In this document: positions 1 through 40,249 of the stretch, piece after piece
Numbering within the stretch: position 1 is the stretch's first letter
How the letters are laid out: every line of letters begins with the position of its first letter
DNA from: the human T2T-CHM13v2.0 reference genome, Homo sapiens
Assembly: GCF_009914755.1 (NCBI RefSeq)
Contig: NC_060946.1
Strand: one strand, 5' to 3'
Length of the DNA: 64,000 nt
Position numbers and translations under genes: made by a program
The notes under the pieces: model-generated
Told to the model about the DNA's origin: nothing
Database searches by the model: none
The model's input: only the letters and a program-made list of their open reading frames with translations

Positions 1-82
1 AAGGGGTATGTGGGAACAGTCTGTTCGTTCTTCACAATTTTGCAGTAAACTTCGAATTGTTCTTAAAAAACAAAATCTAAGA

Positions 83-1065
<983 letters not shown>

Positions 1066-1319
1066 ACTGTGTTAGGCCTAATGACTCCAGGGGGTGCCCT
1101 CCAGCTCTGTAGTTCCTGCCTAGAGCTGACCCAGCAGTACCCACCTCTAGTGGTTGGCCAATATTTCTGTCAGATTGGGCTGCTTATTATCCTTGCAGCA
1201 TAGGTATTGTCAGTCTCAATGAGCTTATCTGTTTAATTTTGCTTGTATATTAAAAGTATTTGCATCACATGCAGAGATAACTTTATTCTCTCCTTGCCTC
1301 TTTCGTCCTCAAATTTAAG

Positions 1320-1493
1320 GTATTTTAAGGATGGTGCAGTTAAGAAACCTTATTCTGCAAAGACACTGTCCAACAAGAAGTCTTCTGCATCCTTTGGGAT
1401 CCGGAGGGAGTTACCTAGTACCAGTCATCTAGTGCAGTATCGTGGCACACATACTTGTACCCGACAGGGCCGGTTAAGAGAACTGCGCATCAG
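1320..1493 (+). CDS. SFI1: SFI1 exon, 174 nt, phase 2-2 ([12 protein letters not shown]...RLRELRIR)
   Basis: tttaag|G acceptor after a pyrimidine tract; CAG|gtgagc donor; lies within ORF 1243..1497. Confidence 0.95.
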
Positions 1494-1895
1494 GTGAGCT
1501 TATGAGTGGCCACCAGTCTATGGGTACTTTGCTTTTGTTCTCCTTTCTTGGTTAAAATGGGGGAATGATTCTTATTCTTCCACCGCAATTAGTGGGAGAT
1601 CTTGATGCCTGTTCTTGGTAGTAGAATGTTCAGATGAAAAGGATATTCAGGAACCTGCAGACATAAAATCTGTCATTGAGTGTTTTCATTTCTCCACTTG
1701 TGCCTCACAATATGACGCTATCAAGATTCTTCCAGAAAAAGTCTAAACGTGGTCCAAGAAAGAAGGAACTACTCTTTTTTGCTATTCTTTTTTTCCCCCC
1801 AGATTTTCTGGTGAATTCTAGAAGAGCTGTAACACTTCTGCTACTCTCGATTAGATATATTAGAGACATCTGTTTCTTCATTCAAAAATTTATCA

Positions 1896-2168
<273 letters not shown>

Positions 2169-2518
2169 GATTTATCTGGTGCTTACCCATGCCAGGTGTT
2201 ACGCTAGATGCTGAGCATATAAAGTGAGTAAGATCATCTTGGTTTATGACTTAATGAGAGTTTAAAATCAGGTAGGCTTGATAGACTCTTAAGCCACAAC
2301 AATAAAGTGAGATTAGTGCAATGAGAGGAGAAGGATGTGGTACCACAGGCAAATACGGCGAGAACAGCCACACTAGTATAGCCAGCAGTTACTCTCTGGA
2401 GGAAGTGGAGTTTAAGCTCAGCCCTGAAGGATAATGTAAGAATAAGCCAGATAAAGGGCAGGAGAAGGTGTGTTTTAAGTTGAGCTCAAGGTTTAACTCT
2501 ATAAGACAAGCCACCTTT

Positions 2519-3178
<660 letters not shown>

Positions 3179-3687
3179 CTAGGTACTGGAGGTACTATAA
3201 AGCACCAATTTCTGCTTTCAGGGGCTCACAGTGCAGAGGGAATGACAGACACCCTGTGAGCTGATCTCTGTGATATGGTGTCATAACATTACAGGAGGGG
3301 TTTGAACAGAGTGCTGAGAGTACACAGCTACTCACTCTGTTTACATTGGAGAAGGTTCAGGCATTTGCCGGCCATTTTAGGCAGGAAGAATAATATGAAC
3401 AAAAGAATTATTATGTACTTCCTGTACCTCATTTTTGAAGTTTTTAATCTCTTCACTGACAATTTATGTTGAAAATATTTTTTAAAAATAATCTGCTTGA
3501 TTTTAGCTTTATAAATCTGCCCCATCCTATGCCCTGTATGATGCAAAATTAGCTATGATACCGCCTTTTGATTCATACTAACATCCCTCTGCTGAGACCT
3601 TAAAGGCTTCCTTTCCTTTCCAGAAAACTGCTGATGTAAGCCAAATGGAATTTTAAAATATGTATATGCTTTTTTTCCTTCTTTCAG

Positions 3688-3759
3688 ATGCGTGGCCAGA
3701 AAGTTCTTATATTTATGGATTCGAATGACTTTTGGAAGAGTATTTCCCTCTAAAGCCAG
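3688..3759 (+). CDS. SFI1: SFI1 exon, 72 nt, phase 2-2 ([24 protein letters not shown])
   Basis: ttcctt ctttcag|A acceptor; CAG|gtagta donor; phase matches both neighbours. Confidence 0.95.
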
Positions 3760-3944
3760 GTAGTATTAGCTCAGAACAACATAATTGTGTTGAGTTCATT
3801 CTAGGGTTTTCTTTTATATTAAGCCTGTATATAAACTTCATTATGGCTTGTGCTGTTACATTCCTCCCCAGCCTCCAGTAGGTAGAAGCAGTCCCTAATA
3901 TAACCATGTAATACAGTGGTAACTTCATATCTGTTAGTTGACTG

Positions 3945-4107
3945 CAGCTGCATTCATGGTGAGCTGTGAATGTTATCTACAAAGTAGCCAGTAAAGGTTA
4001 AGTTTTAGTGTTCAGTGGTGTGGCCTTTAGCTAGCTACTGTGGCCTTCAGCTTCAAAGAAAAAGAAAGAAAAAAAAATAACAAGCAAGTGACCAAATGAA
4101 AGAATCA
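3945..4107 (-). mobile_element. Fragment homologous to the LTR at 5357-6283
   Basis: Shares tgaatgttatctacaaagtagcca...aaggttaagttttagtgttcagtggtgtggcctt...cagcttcaaagaaaaagaaa with 5815-5874 plus 6174-6240. Confidence 0.6.
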
Positions 4108-4891
<784 letters not shown>

Positions 4892-5356
4892 TTAGTGAGG
4901 AGCAAATTCCTCTGTCATAGCTTCATTTTGTATAGACCAGTGCTGCCCATTGCTGTGGTTTTGGGTTATAATTGCTTTAGCTGCAGTGCTAAGAGTGGAC
5001 TGCAAGAGAGAGTCACAGGAGTCAGGGACACCATACAGAAGGCAGGGGAGCTGGAGAGAAGGGACCAGTGCGAGGTATGTTTCCAAAGGAGAATTGGCAG
5101 CCTTTGAGAATGTAAGCACTTCTTAAAAACTGAAATGTCTTGGGTTCCCTCCTGCTCCCCTCTTCCCCTTTTCTTTCCCTTACTGTAATCTTTCCTGTTT
5201 CATTTTTTGACAGTCTGACTCCTTCATTCAATGTCTCTCAAGCCAACTTGGCCTGTGTGTGTTTTCTGAAATCTTTTCTTTGTATACTTTATGAGGGGCC
5301 CTGCTGTTCCATCTCTTCCTTTTTGTATGTTTACAGTGAAGCTCCTGATGTGGCTA

Positions 5357-6283
<927 letters not shown>

Positions 6284-6744
6284 GCTGTAGCCTGTCCCAG
6301 CTGCAAGTGCTAGGCATTGTTCACCTCTATTTTACCTTCTTCTGAATCTTGGGCATGTCATCCTTCACTGCCTTGGTAGCTCTTCAGTGCCTTAAATAAA
6401 TTTTTTTGCTCTGCTTTTTTTGTTGTTCATTGGGAGAATTGATCTAAATTGCTATTGTCAGAATTCTCTCTTTTTTGTTTAATTTATTGCATATTCTATT
6501 CTCCACTGTTAGCTTAGAAGTTATATTCTGTTTTACTCTTCCTTTACTGACTGTCCAGATAAGTTACAAATGTGAATGTGTATTTTCATTCAAATACAAA
6601 TGTATATTTGTAACTTACCAGAATCTAATGTTAATTGGTTCTTTACCCTCTTCCTAGATAAGACAGAGTCCTTAGAATACTTTAGCTCTGCCCATCTCCC
6701 TCTCTTTGTGTATATTTTTAAATCTATAAAGCATTATTACTCTC

Positions 6745-9665
<2,921 letters not shown>

Positions 9666-10584
9666 GGATTTACTTTTTTTTTAACAAGCCACCTGGAGAT
9701 TGGCAGTTACTGGTATTGCTTCAGCTGTTCAGTGATGTCGTTTTAGACTCAGGCTTCTAGTACCTTTCTAGTTCAACATCCTTAGCACATTGGCCCTTTG
9801 TCCTCATAGGTAACACTTCGTAGTTGCAAGATGACTATTCTAGCTTTACACAGGAAGGTGGGGGTAAGGGTGGCGTCAGTTTGATCTCTTTATCAGGAAA
9901 GAAAACTTCCCTGGAAGTTCCCCACTGCATTCTGCTTCTGCCTCATTGGCCAGAGCTTTGTCACCGGCCACCTTTAGCTACAGAGGAGGTTTGGAAAGAA
10001 ATCTTTCTGGCCTCTGTAGTGGATACTTACGAGAAAAAGGGCTTGGCAGTGGGTGTTGGGTTAGCCAGTGACTGCTAGCTAACCTGCTACATTGCTTTAA
10101 AACATTCGCATTATGCTGTTTTTCATGTCTTCGCTCTTCAGTGGTAGGCGGGTGTAGAGGAAAGAATACTGGACTAGAATTAAGGAGACCTGAGCTTCGG
10201 TTCTAACCCAGGCCCTAGCTAATTGTTTGATCTGAGGATAGTTACGCCTGTAGGCCTCAGTTTTGCAAATTACAAAATGATAGAGTGAGAATATTTGTTT
10301 TCTAAGCAGCTACCAGAATTAGAATTCTGATACTGTGTTTCCATTGACTTAGAAATTTGTGAAGGGATAGTTATTTTCTAATATCTATATATCAATATCA
10401 AATATCAATCTGTTAAAATCAAGTAGGTTCTTTGTTACTTGGGGGAACATTGGGCATCCTGATCTTTGTTTTTAGGCTTTTTCCATACTGAGTTATTTAT
10501 TTCTCAATTTTAGGAGTGTTAGGCGGGAATAATATCATACCACAAACTACAGAATAATGCCTTTATGTGCTTAGATAATGTTTT

Positions 10585-10890
<306 letters not shown>

Positions 10891-10895
10891 TAACC

Positions 10896-11215
10896 TTTTT
10901 TTTTTTTTTTAAGTACAATTTCCATTTTATTTTTCTCTGGAGAATAATTTTTCTTCAGTCCTTAAGGACACAGTTTCTTAACGGGTTTTAGTGGGAGTCA
11001 TGGGGCAACGCCTGCAGGTCGAAATGGAGGTGTGGGTATTCAGTCCTAGCAGGCTTCATGAGATTGATTTCTAACTACTTTGCTGTGAATGGCACAACTC
11101 ACATATTAAGGTAGCTTCATATATGGCTTGGGTAGCACCTAGGCATCAAAGATCCTCACTTCAGAAATGTCCCTGACTGCTGCAGCCTCTACTGTGTTTC
11201 AAATGATGAATTTCT
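10896..11215 (-). pseudogene. RPS26 processed pseudogene, 5'-truncated and decayed
   Basis: Minus strand encodes a degraded KF.I..TVEAAAVRDISE...CAIHSKVVRN (ribosomal protein eS26) with several stops; intronless; 3' UTR ends AAAATAAAATGGAAATTGTACTT then poly(A) (T-run 10896-10910). Not in the ORF track. Confidence 0.88.
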
Positions 11216-11219
11216 CCTG

Positions 11220-12000
11220 TTTTTGTTAAAGTCACTACATTTGCTAAAATCAATGATGAATTCCTAAACTTTCTTTAACTTGACCTACCAGGTAGCATTA
11301 GAGAGTCCATCATTTCCTTCTTCTAGAATACCTTTCTTCTCCCAGGTTCTAGTTACCATCCTCTTGTGTTTTTTCTCCTACCTGTTTGACTGCCCCTTCT
11401 AACTCTCCTTTGTTGATTCTTCCTCATCTGAATATCCCAACACCTAGTCTTTGCACTGCTTCTCTAGCTGCCTCACAACCAAAATCTCATTAAATCTCAC
11501 AGTGATTCTCAGATGTGTATGCCCAGCCAAGACCTCTGCCTTGAAACTCTGGACTTTTACGTACGTGACAACTCCACTGGGTGTCACACCATAGTATGCC
11601 CGAAACTGAAATCGTCATCCTCCCCCTCTCAGTGAGTGGAAACTCCATCCTTCCAAGTGCTCAGGTCAGAAATGGTGAAGTCATCCTTCACACCTCTTGT
11701 TCTTTCACACCCCAATTTAAAATGCCATATGCCAAAATCATGTTGCTTCAACCTTCAAAATGCATTCAGAATCCAGCCACTTTTCAGACCTCCAGTAGCT
11801 ACCACCCAGTCCAAGCCATCAGCATCTCTCCCCCGAGTGACTCCAATGGCCCCTCATTGGTCTCCTGCTTCCTGTCTTGCCCCTAGTCAGTATCTTCTCA
11901 GGAGGTAGTCTGAGTAAATCAAGTCACATCATTCTGTCAAACTTCCAGTGGCTTCCTGCTGAAAGTAAAAGCCCAGAGTCCTTACTGTGGTCTATAAGAC
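11220..12000 (+). mobile_element. L2 fragment
   Basis: Pyrimidine-rich L2 3' motifs (aactccatccttccaagtgctcaggtcagaaa...ccagtggcttcc). Confidence 0.65.
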
Positions 12001-12351
12001 CAACCAACTTTTTGTGTCACCTATTGAGTTTGTTTTTCATTTCTGCTGTCATATTTTTAATTTCCGAGAGCTTGTTCTTGTTCTCTGCATGTTCCCTTTT
12101 TAATTTCCAAAAGCTTCTTTTGTTCTCTGCATGTTTCCTTTCTTTTTAATAGTATCCTGGAGGCTCAAAATTTTTTGAGGATAATGTGGTTTAAGATTTT
12201 TATCTGCTTACACTGTGTTTCTTCTAAGATCCTTTTTTCTTTGTATTTTTGGTCACTCTGTCATGTTGGAGCCTTTCCTCAAATGTCAAGAGATTCTTTA
12301 TTGTCTGTTTATATTTAAGAGCAGGACCCTAAAAAGCTTATTTTAGAAGCC

Positions 12352-13502
<1,151 letters not shown>

Positions 13503-14100
13503 GAAGGTGTTAATTATAAGCTTGGCTGCAAGCAGGGAAAGGGATGGTGGGTGTCATTGTTCAGTTTGTAGACTTTTGGTCTAGGACCATCTCCCAAGCT
13601 TTGCCTAGTATTCTGGAGTCCAGTTCTCCTCTGGCTCGCCTCTCCGGAGATATACCTGAGTCTTTGCTTGAGTGAATATGAGTGAATAATGGGATCCAGG
13701 GGCCTAACCACTTCTGACACATAGGCTTGCAAACAGTCCTGTGTTTTCATCTCAGTCCACAGCTCCTCGCCTCCTGATGCGTCTCATTTCCACCCCTTTC
13801 TGGGGCCTGTGCCACCAGCTGGGTGCTTCTTGTCTCCCTTCTCCCCCTACAAGAAGACACTTAGTTCTCTCCTTTATCTGGTGATTCATCTGCCACTCTC
13901 TTGCCTAAAATTGACTAAAATTTGTTGACGGCTCTTGTCTGTCACCCTTTCTCCTATTCTCTTGGTCTTTTTAGGCTTACACCTTTTTGAATACATTTGC
14001 TGTTATTTAATGCGGCGTGGGGAATGGAAGGAGGTAAATGGTTATGTTCATTTTACCATGTGCAAACGGTTCCTTTTTATTACAATTTTTTAGAATTGTA

Positions 14101-15880
<1,780 letters not shown>

Positions 15881-16114
15881 CCTAATTTTTTTAAAAAGAT
15901 ACCATATTATACATACCACGCAGTGACTTTATTTTTTCACCTAATCACTTTCTGAGGCATCTGTCCCTTCAGTACCCTTAGCTCTGCTTCATTCATAGAA
16001 AATGAGCACATGGCATTGATTAATTGTATTAACCTGTCCTCTTTTGATGGGTATTTGTGGTGGTTCACTCTTCTCTTATTATTATTATAAGCAATAGTGA
16101 GGTGAATTACCTTA

Positions 16115-18135
<2,021 letters not shown>

Positions 18136-18169
18136 ATTTTTTTTTCTTATTTTTTGGGTAGAGATGGAG

Positions 18170-21952
<3,783 letters not shown>

Positions 21953-21994
21953 CAAGATTGTCATTCCAAACATCATGGATTTTTTTTTTTTTAA

Positions 21995-22845
21995 TTGAAT
22001 TTGAGACAGAGTCTCGGTGTCACCCGGGCTGGAGTGCAGTGGAACAATCTTGGCTCACTGCAACCACTGCCTCCCAGGTTCAAGCCATTCTCCTGCCTCA
22101 GCCTCCCTCCTGCCTCAGCCTCCTGAGTAGCTGAGACTACAGGCACATGCTACTACGAGTGGCTAATTTTTATATTTTTAGTAAAGACGGGGTTTCACCA
22201 TATTGACCAGGCTGGTCTCGAACTCCCAACCTCAGGTGGTCTGCCTGCCTCAGCCTCCCAGAGTGCTGAGATTACAGGCGTGAGCTACTGTGCCTGGCCC
22301 AAACATCATGAATTTGTGGATGATGAAAGTGAACTTATTCTTGGAGAAGTCAAGCCTTTTCTTCCTCAGTGACACTTTAAGGTATAGAGAATGACTCTTC
22401 TTCAAAGAGAATAGAGTTCATTGTGATTGTAGGAAATGAAATTTTAGCTTTGGTGCAGATATGGCTTTTTTTTTTTTTTAATCAGAAGCGTCCCTGTTCA
22501 TTTCTTCTGAGTATAGAACAGACTTGGTGTGTTGGGTTAGGAGTTGTTTTGTTGTTGTTGTTTGTTTGTTTGTTTGTTTCTTGAGACAGAGTCTTGCTCT
22601 GTTGTCCAGGCTGGAGTGCAGTGGCATGCGATCTCGGCTCACTGCAACCTCCACCTCCTGGGTTCAAGTGATTCTCCTGCCTCAGCCTCCGGAGTAGGTG
22701 GGATTATAGACGTGTGCCACCACACCCGGCACACGGTATTTTTAGTTGAGATGGGGTTTCACCATATCGGCCAGGCTGGTCTTGAACTCCTTGCCTTGGC
22801 CTCCCAAAGTGCTAGGGTTACAGGTGTGAGCCACCGCGCCCGGCC
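21995..22845 (-). mobile_element. Two antisense Alus; the second ends about 43 nt before the 22889 exon
   Basis: Alu consensus on the minus strand. Confidence 0.88.
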
Positions 22846-22888
22846 TGTTATTTTGAAGAAATGCCATTTACTTTTTTTGGCTCCTCAG

Positions 22889-22983
22889 GTATTACCTGTA
22901 CAACCTGATGTTCCAGACGTGGAAGACCTATGTGCGTCAGCAGCAGGAGATGAGGAACAAGTACATTAGAGCCGAGGTTCATG
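22889..22983 (+). CDS. SFI1: SFI1 exon, 95 nt ([14 protein letters not shown]...RAEVH)
   Basis: ctcctcag|G acceptor; ATG|gtgaga donor; frame continuous. Confidence 0.95.
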
Positions 22984-24149
22984 GTGAGAAAAAGAAGTCC
23001 ATGTCTGAAGAAGATGCCCACATTTACTTTGCAGAAGGTCATAGGAAGGACAAACACATTGTCTCAGAGAGAGAGGAACTCTAGGCCAAAGGAAGATTTG
23101 TTTGATTCTCTTTCATATTTTTCAGAAAGTGTGATCTCTGAGTGGGCACCTGTATGATTGATCCCTATGGTTTTCTCCATATGGCATGGTTTGAGCCCTT
23201 AAAACTCATTTAATCAGAATTTGTGTGAACTGGCTGTTCCTGGCCTGCTGGTTCAGTGGGCTGGCTGTGACTCTCCTGTGGCACCTGGGGCTGCCATCTA
23301 TCTTGCTGCGTCAAGTTGCCCAGAGACTCTGGAGCAGAGCTGCAGTGCTCTTTTCTGATCTGCTTTGCTCAAGTTGTCCCTTAGTGATACTGTGGCCACT
23401 TTAGGTCTGGTCAGAGTCTGGTTTCTCTTGTGAATTGAGCCCAGAAACACATGGAGAGTCTAAGGGAAAAAGACCTAGAGTTTCAAAATGATAATACAGG
23501 CTGCATTAGCAGCAGAATGTCCTAAAGGTAGCTCAAACTCTGCAAGTCACAAGTACAACCTGTCAACTCCCCTACCACTTACACCTGCTGTTCCTTTGAC
23601 TCTTCTGTCTAGGAAGACTTACTTAGGAATGGTGTCCATTCCTCATGCCTCATGTCATCACTTACCTAATCTTTTAAGAAGGCCCTCTGAGGCATCACTT
23701 GCAATCATCGTTGCATTGCTACTGCCTGAGAGTAATCCTCATCTTTTTCCCAGAGTGTTGTAAGTGCCACTTCATTAATCTCCCTCATTTATTTTTTCGT
23801 GCTTCTCATTGTACACATAGCTGCAAGAGTGGTAAGACATAGATAAGATCATGACACTCCTTTACGTAAAGTTAACCCTGCTTGGTATGTCGTACAAGGT
23901 CTTCATTTCTTCTGCTTTGCACCCTCTGCCCTTGACACACTGGATGTGCACTTCTTTATCTTTCCATCTTTGTCCCTGTAGTTCTTCCTTCAGGCCCATT
24001 TAAATGTGTAGCTTTCCTTGATCTCCCCCAGCCCAGTGATCTTTCCCCTGTCTGTATTCCCAAAGTATGAGAAGCTCTTACCCAAGCCTCATGATTACTG
24101 CACCAAATGCACTGTTTCACTGGTAAGTAACTTACGCTGTTTGTTGTTT

Positions 24150-27770
<3,621 letters not shown>

Positions 27771-27841
27771 TTTATAGTTACAGTGAATCTAGCTAGATAT
27801 TATGGAATAGAAGGAAAAAGTCACTTGGATGACTTTTTTAT

Positions 27842-31740
<3,899 letters not shown>

Positions 31741-31767
31741 TGAGGGTTTAAAATGTTCTTGGTACTG

Positions 31768-32065
31768 GGCCAGGCACAGGGACTCATGCCTGTAATCCCA
31801 GCACTTTGGGAGGCTGAGGCTGGTGAATTACCTGAGGCCAGGAGTTTAAGACCAGCCTGGCCAACATAGTGAAACTGTCTCTACTAAAAAAATACAAAAG
31901 TTAGCCTGGTTTGATGGTGCACGCCTATAATCCCAGCTACTCGGGAGGCTGAGGCATGAGAACCGCTTGAACAAACAAGGCAGACGTTGCAGTGAGTCGA
32001 GATTGTGCCACTCCACTGCACCCTGGGCAACAGAGTGAGACTCTGTCTCGAAAAAATAAAAAAAA
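31768..32065 (+). mobile_element. AluS immediately upstream of the RPS18 pseudogene
   Basis: Full dimer; its tail runs directly into the RPS18 5' UTR. Confidence 0.9.
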
Positions 32066-32068
32066 TGG

Positions 32069-32634
32069 CTTCCGCGGGAGGCCTACACACCGCCAGTTGT
32101 GTTCCTGCTATGTCTCTAGTGATCCCTGAAAAGTTCCAGCGTATTTTGCGAATACTCAACAGCAACATCAACGGGCAGCAGAAAATAGGCTTTGCCATCA
32201 CTGCCATTAAGGATGTGGGTTGACAGTACACTCATAGTGTTGAGGAAAGCTGACGTTGACCTCACCAAGTGGGCAGGAGAACTCACTGAGGATGAGATGG
32301 AACGTGTGATGACCATTATGCAGAATCCATGCCAGTACAAGATCCCAGACTGGTTCTTGAACAGACGGAAGGATGTAAAGGATGGAAAATATAGCCAGGT
32401 CCTAGCCAGTGGTCTGGACAAGAAGCTCCGTGCAGATGTGGAGCGACTGAAGAAGATTCAGGCCCATAGAGGACCGCACCACTTCTGGGGCCTTCGTGTC
32501 CGAGGCCAGCACACCAAGACCACTGGCCACCATGGCTGTACCATGGGCGGGTCCAAGAAGAAATAAGTCTGCAGGCCTTGTCTGTTAATAAGTAGTTTAT
32601 ATACCTAAAAAATATAAATAAAGTAATAAATAAG
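32069..32634 (+). pseudogene. RPS18 processed pseudogene, essentially full length
   Basis: 5' UTR-like cttccgcgggaggcctacac; ATG at 32110 ([17 protein letters not shown]); premature TGA at 32221 plus a frameshift; C-terminal frame ends GGSKKK* at 32566; intronless; A-rich tail. Confidence 0.95.
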
Positions 32635-33026
32635 TAAAATGTTATTGGTACTGTATTGATGCTGGGGCTGTATTCAGGGAATTTGTGATTCCCTGGATGC
32701 ATAAGAAGATAAGTGATAATGTGAGATAGCTTGAGGTTTTGCAGTGAGTGCTGCAAGTGAGCCTGGTCTAAGAGAAATCTTTGTAGGTTAGAGTGACCAG
32801 GAAAAGTGAGTGTTTCTGTAAAGCACAGGTTGTAAACTCTTATTTCCCCATGACTCTTTTCCTAGAGCAAATTCGAAAATTAGTAGGAAAAAAAAACAAG
32901 ACTGAAACAAAAGTCTGACCAGGATTCTAGGAAAGAAAAGGATACATACAAGACTAGAAATCTAAAAGCCACTTGATTGCAGATTATTTTGTGAAATCTC
33001 CTGATTTTCAAATGTTGGTAATACTC

Positions 33027-33630
<604 letters not shown>

Positions 33631-33917
33631 ATAACATATCTTTTAACAAATCAAACTGTGTAGGTCAAACAGAGCATGTCTGTGGTGTCTAAAGCAGGAT
33701 CTGACCGTAGGAACCATAAGTTTCCAACCATTAATGGGCAGATCTGGGACTTTTTCTCAATTGTTTTGTTTTATTTTTTTCCCCAGCAGTGAATCTAGAG
33801 ATGGTACTATGAAGGAGAGGACTAGAGCTGAGGGTCTGAGGCCCCACACTAACTGCTCCTCTCTTTCCTGAGTGGCTTTTTACTGATGGATTCCATCTTT
33901 GATTTGCTGTTTCACAG

Positions 33918-34020
33918 GGTGTGGTGGAGCACGTGGAGGCAGCGACTAGGACAGGTCCGTGTGAGCCGTGCCCTCCATGCCTCTGCTTTGAAGCACAGGG
34001 CCCTGAGCCTCCAGGTGCAG
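33918..34020 (+). CDS. SFI1: SFI1 exon, 103 nt ([11 protein letters not shown]...ALSLQVQ)
   Basis: tttcacag|G acceptor; CAG|gtgagt donor; within ORF 33886..34143. Confidence 0.95.
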
Positions 34021-34722
34021 GTGAGTCCAGCAGACGTGGGATTTGGCATCCTCTGTCAGTGTTGTCAAGCCTCTCACCCACAGAGGGCAGTGCTGGGCCT
34101 TCCCTGCAGCTCAGGGCCTGAGAGGGGGTGGGGACAGAGGTAATCTGGAAGGCTGGGCTCTTCCAGAGGGAGGCTGCTGTTAGGAATAAAGTAGAGGCTT
34201 GTCCTAGATGAGCCTAGATCAGTGGCTTCCAGAGTGCTTCTGGTAATTGTGGAGCTGGAGAGGGATTTATGAATTAGTTATAAACATGTTTAGAGAAACA
34301 GCAGTATACTCTGATTTCCTCGTTGCTGTTTTCCTACAGCAAATCAGAAAATAATTGGGGCAGAAAAGAAACTTAAGACTGAAAAGAAAACCTATCTTCC
34401 TTTTCTTTATAGTTTTGATTGTCTTAGAGTGTTCTTTTAGGCAAGCCACTAGCTTTTTTTGTCAATCATAAATGGCTAAGGCCTGTACTAAAACTTTCTT
34501 ATCCTTTGACATATTCTCTGAATTCTTGTCATGTTTTTGTGTCTGCTGGGTACTTACAGAGCTGCCAAATAAGTTATAGGAAATAGAACAGAGAAGAGGA
34601 AAAAAAAAATTAGTGCCTGTTTCCAAATGTAGGAATAGTATCTTCTTATTCTAACAACAAATTGCATAGTCCATGTGAATACGTGCAGATCACATGCAAA
34701 TAGCATATATAGTCATCTAGAT

Positions 34723-34943
34723 CAGTGATCAGCAAACTGGCTCACAGGCCAAATTTGGCCTGCTTTCTGTTTTTGTAAATAAAGTTTTATTGGGATGCTG
34801 CTACACTCATTCATTTATATATCATCTGAGGCTGCTTTCAGATTACAAGAGCAGTGTAGGGTAGTTGTAACAGAGACCTTATGGTCTACAAAGACTAAAC
34901 TATTTGTTTTCTGACCCTTTAAGAAAAAGTTTGCTGACCTCTG
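34723..34943. mobile_element. MER58A-like hAT-Charlie MITE
   Basis: Terminal inverted repeats cagtgatcagcaaact / agtttgctgacctctg; internal ttttgtaaataaagttttattgg. Confidence 0.8.
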
Positions 34944-35254
34944 AACTTGTAAGGTCTTCTGAGGCAATAGCAAGGAAATAAGAGACACAGTTCTCGCCAA
35001 TAATAATAACAGTACCAATAGCAGTAGCAACTGCAGCCTGAGTGACTGAGTTGGGGCCCTGTCTCAAAAAAAAAAAAAAAAAAAGAAGTAGATTTTATTG
35101 TGGTCTTACTTGTGTTAGGTGCTAGACTAAGTGCTTTACGTGCATTATCTAATTTTCATAAACCTTTTTTAAAAGTCCCATATTATTGTTAAGGGAACCA
35201 GGAAGGTTAAATAACTTGAACTAGGGTCACATGTATAGTGAAGCTTAGAGCCAG

Positions 35255-39841
<4,587 letters not shown>

Positions 39842-40249
39842 AAGCCTATTAGGATTTTTATTACAATGTACTGACTGACAGCTTATTAGGTTAGAAAAAT
39901 TGTCATATTGAGTCATTTCATCTTTGAATTTGATATATCTCATAATATATTGCTGAGCTTGAGAAGGAGAGTAGGAAGGATGAGGTTATGAGGTAACAGG
40001 GAGCCAGAACGCAGGGCCTGGCAGGCTGTGCCTGATAAAAAAGGCTTTGACTTTTATTCCTGGGAAGGTGAAGAGCTGCTGGCTCTGAGCAGAGGAGTGA
40101 CATGATTATACCTACCTCTTAACAGGATTCTTTGATTCATAGTGTGCTGCTTTTGGGGTAAGAAAGGGAAGGATATATATGAATGTGTGTCTGTGTGTTT
40201 GTGGAGGGGGGGGGTGTGTGTGTCTGTTTGCTTATATTTTCAAGAAGGA

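Noticed and set aside
4892-5119. Minus-strand 75-aa ORF as an ERV env remnant or novel gene
   Set aside because: No recognisable motif or splice support; cannot be assigned without a database search.
12054-12140. Short tandem duplications (about 43 bp here, 25 bp near 41622-41665, 22 bp near 42897-42933, and small ones inside Alus near 8245, 22095 and 31185)
   Set aside because: Two-copy slippage events within old repeats; no array structure or sign of function.
32192-32566. 124-aa RPS18-like ORF as a functional retrogene
   Set aside because: It starts at a non-ATG codon in a shifted frame; the true ATG frame stops at 32221 and there are many substitutions.
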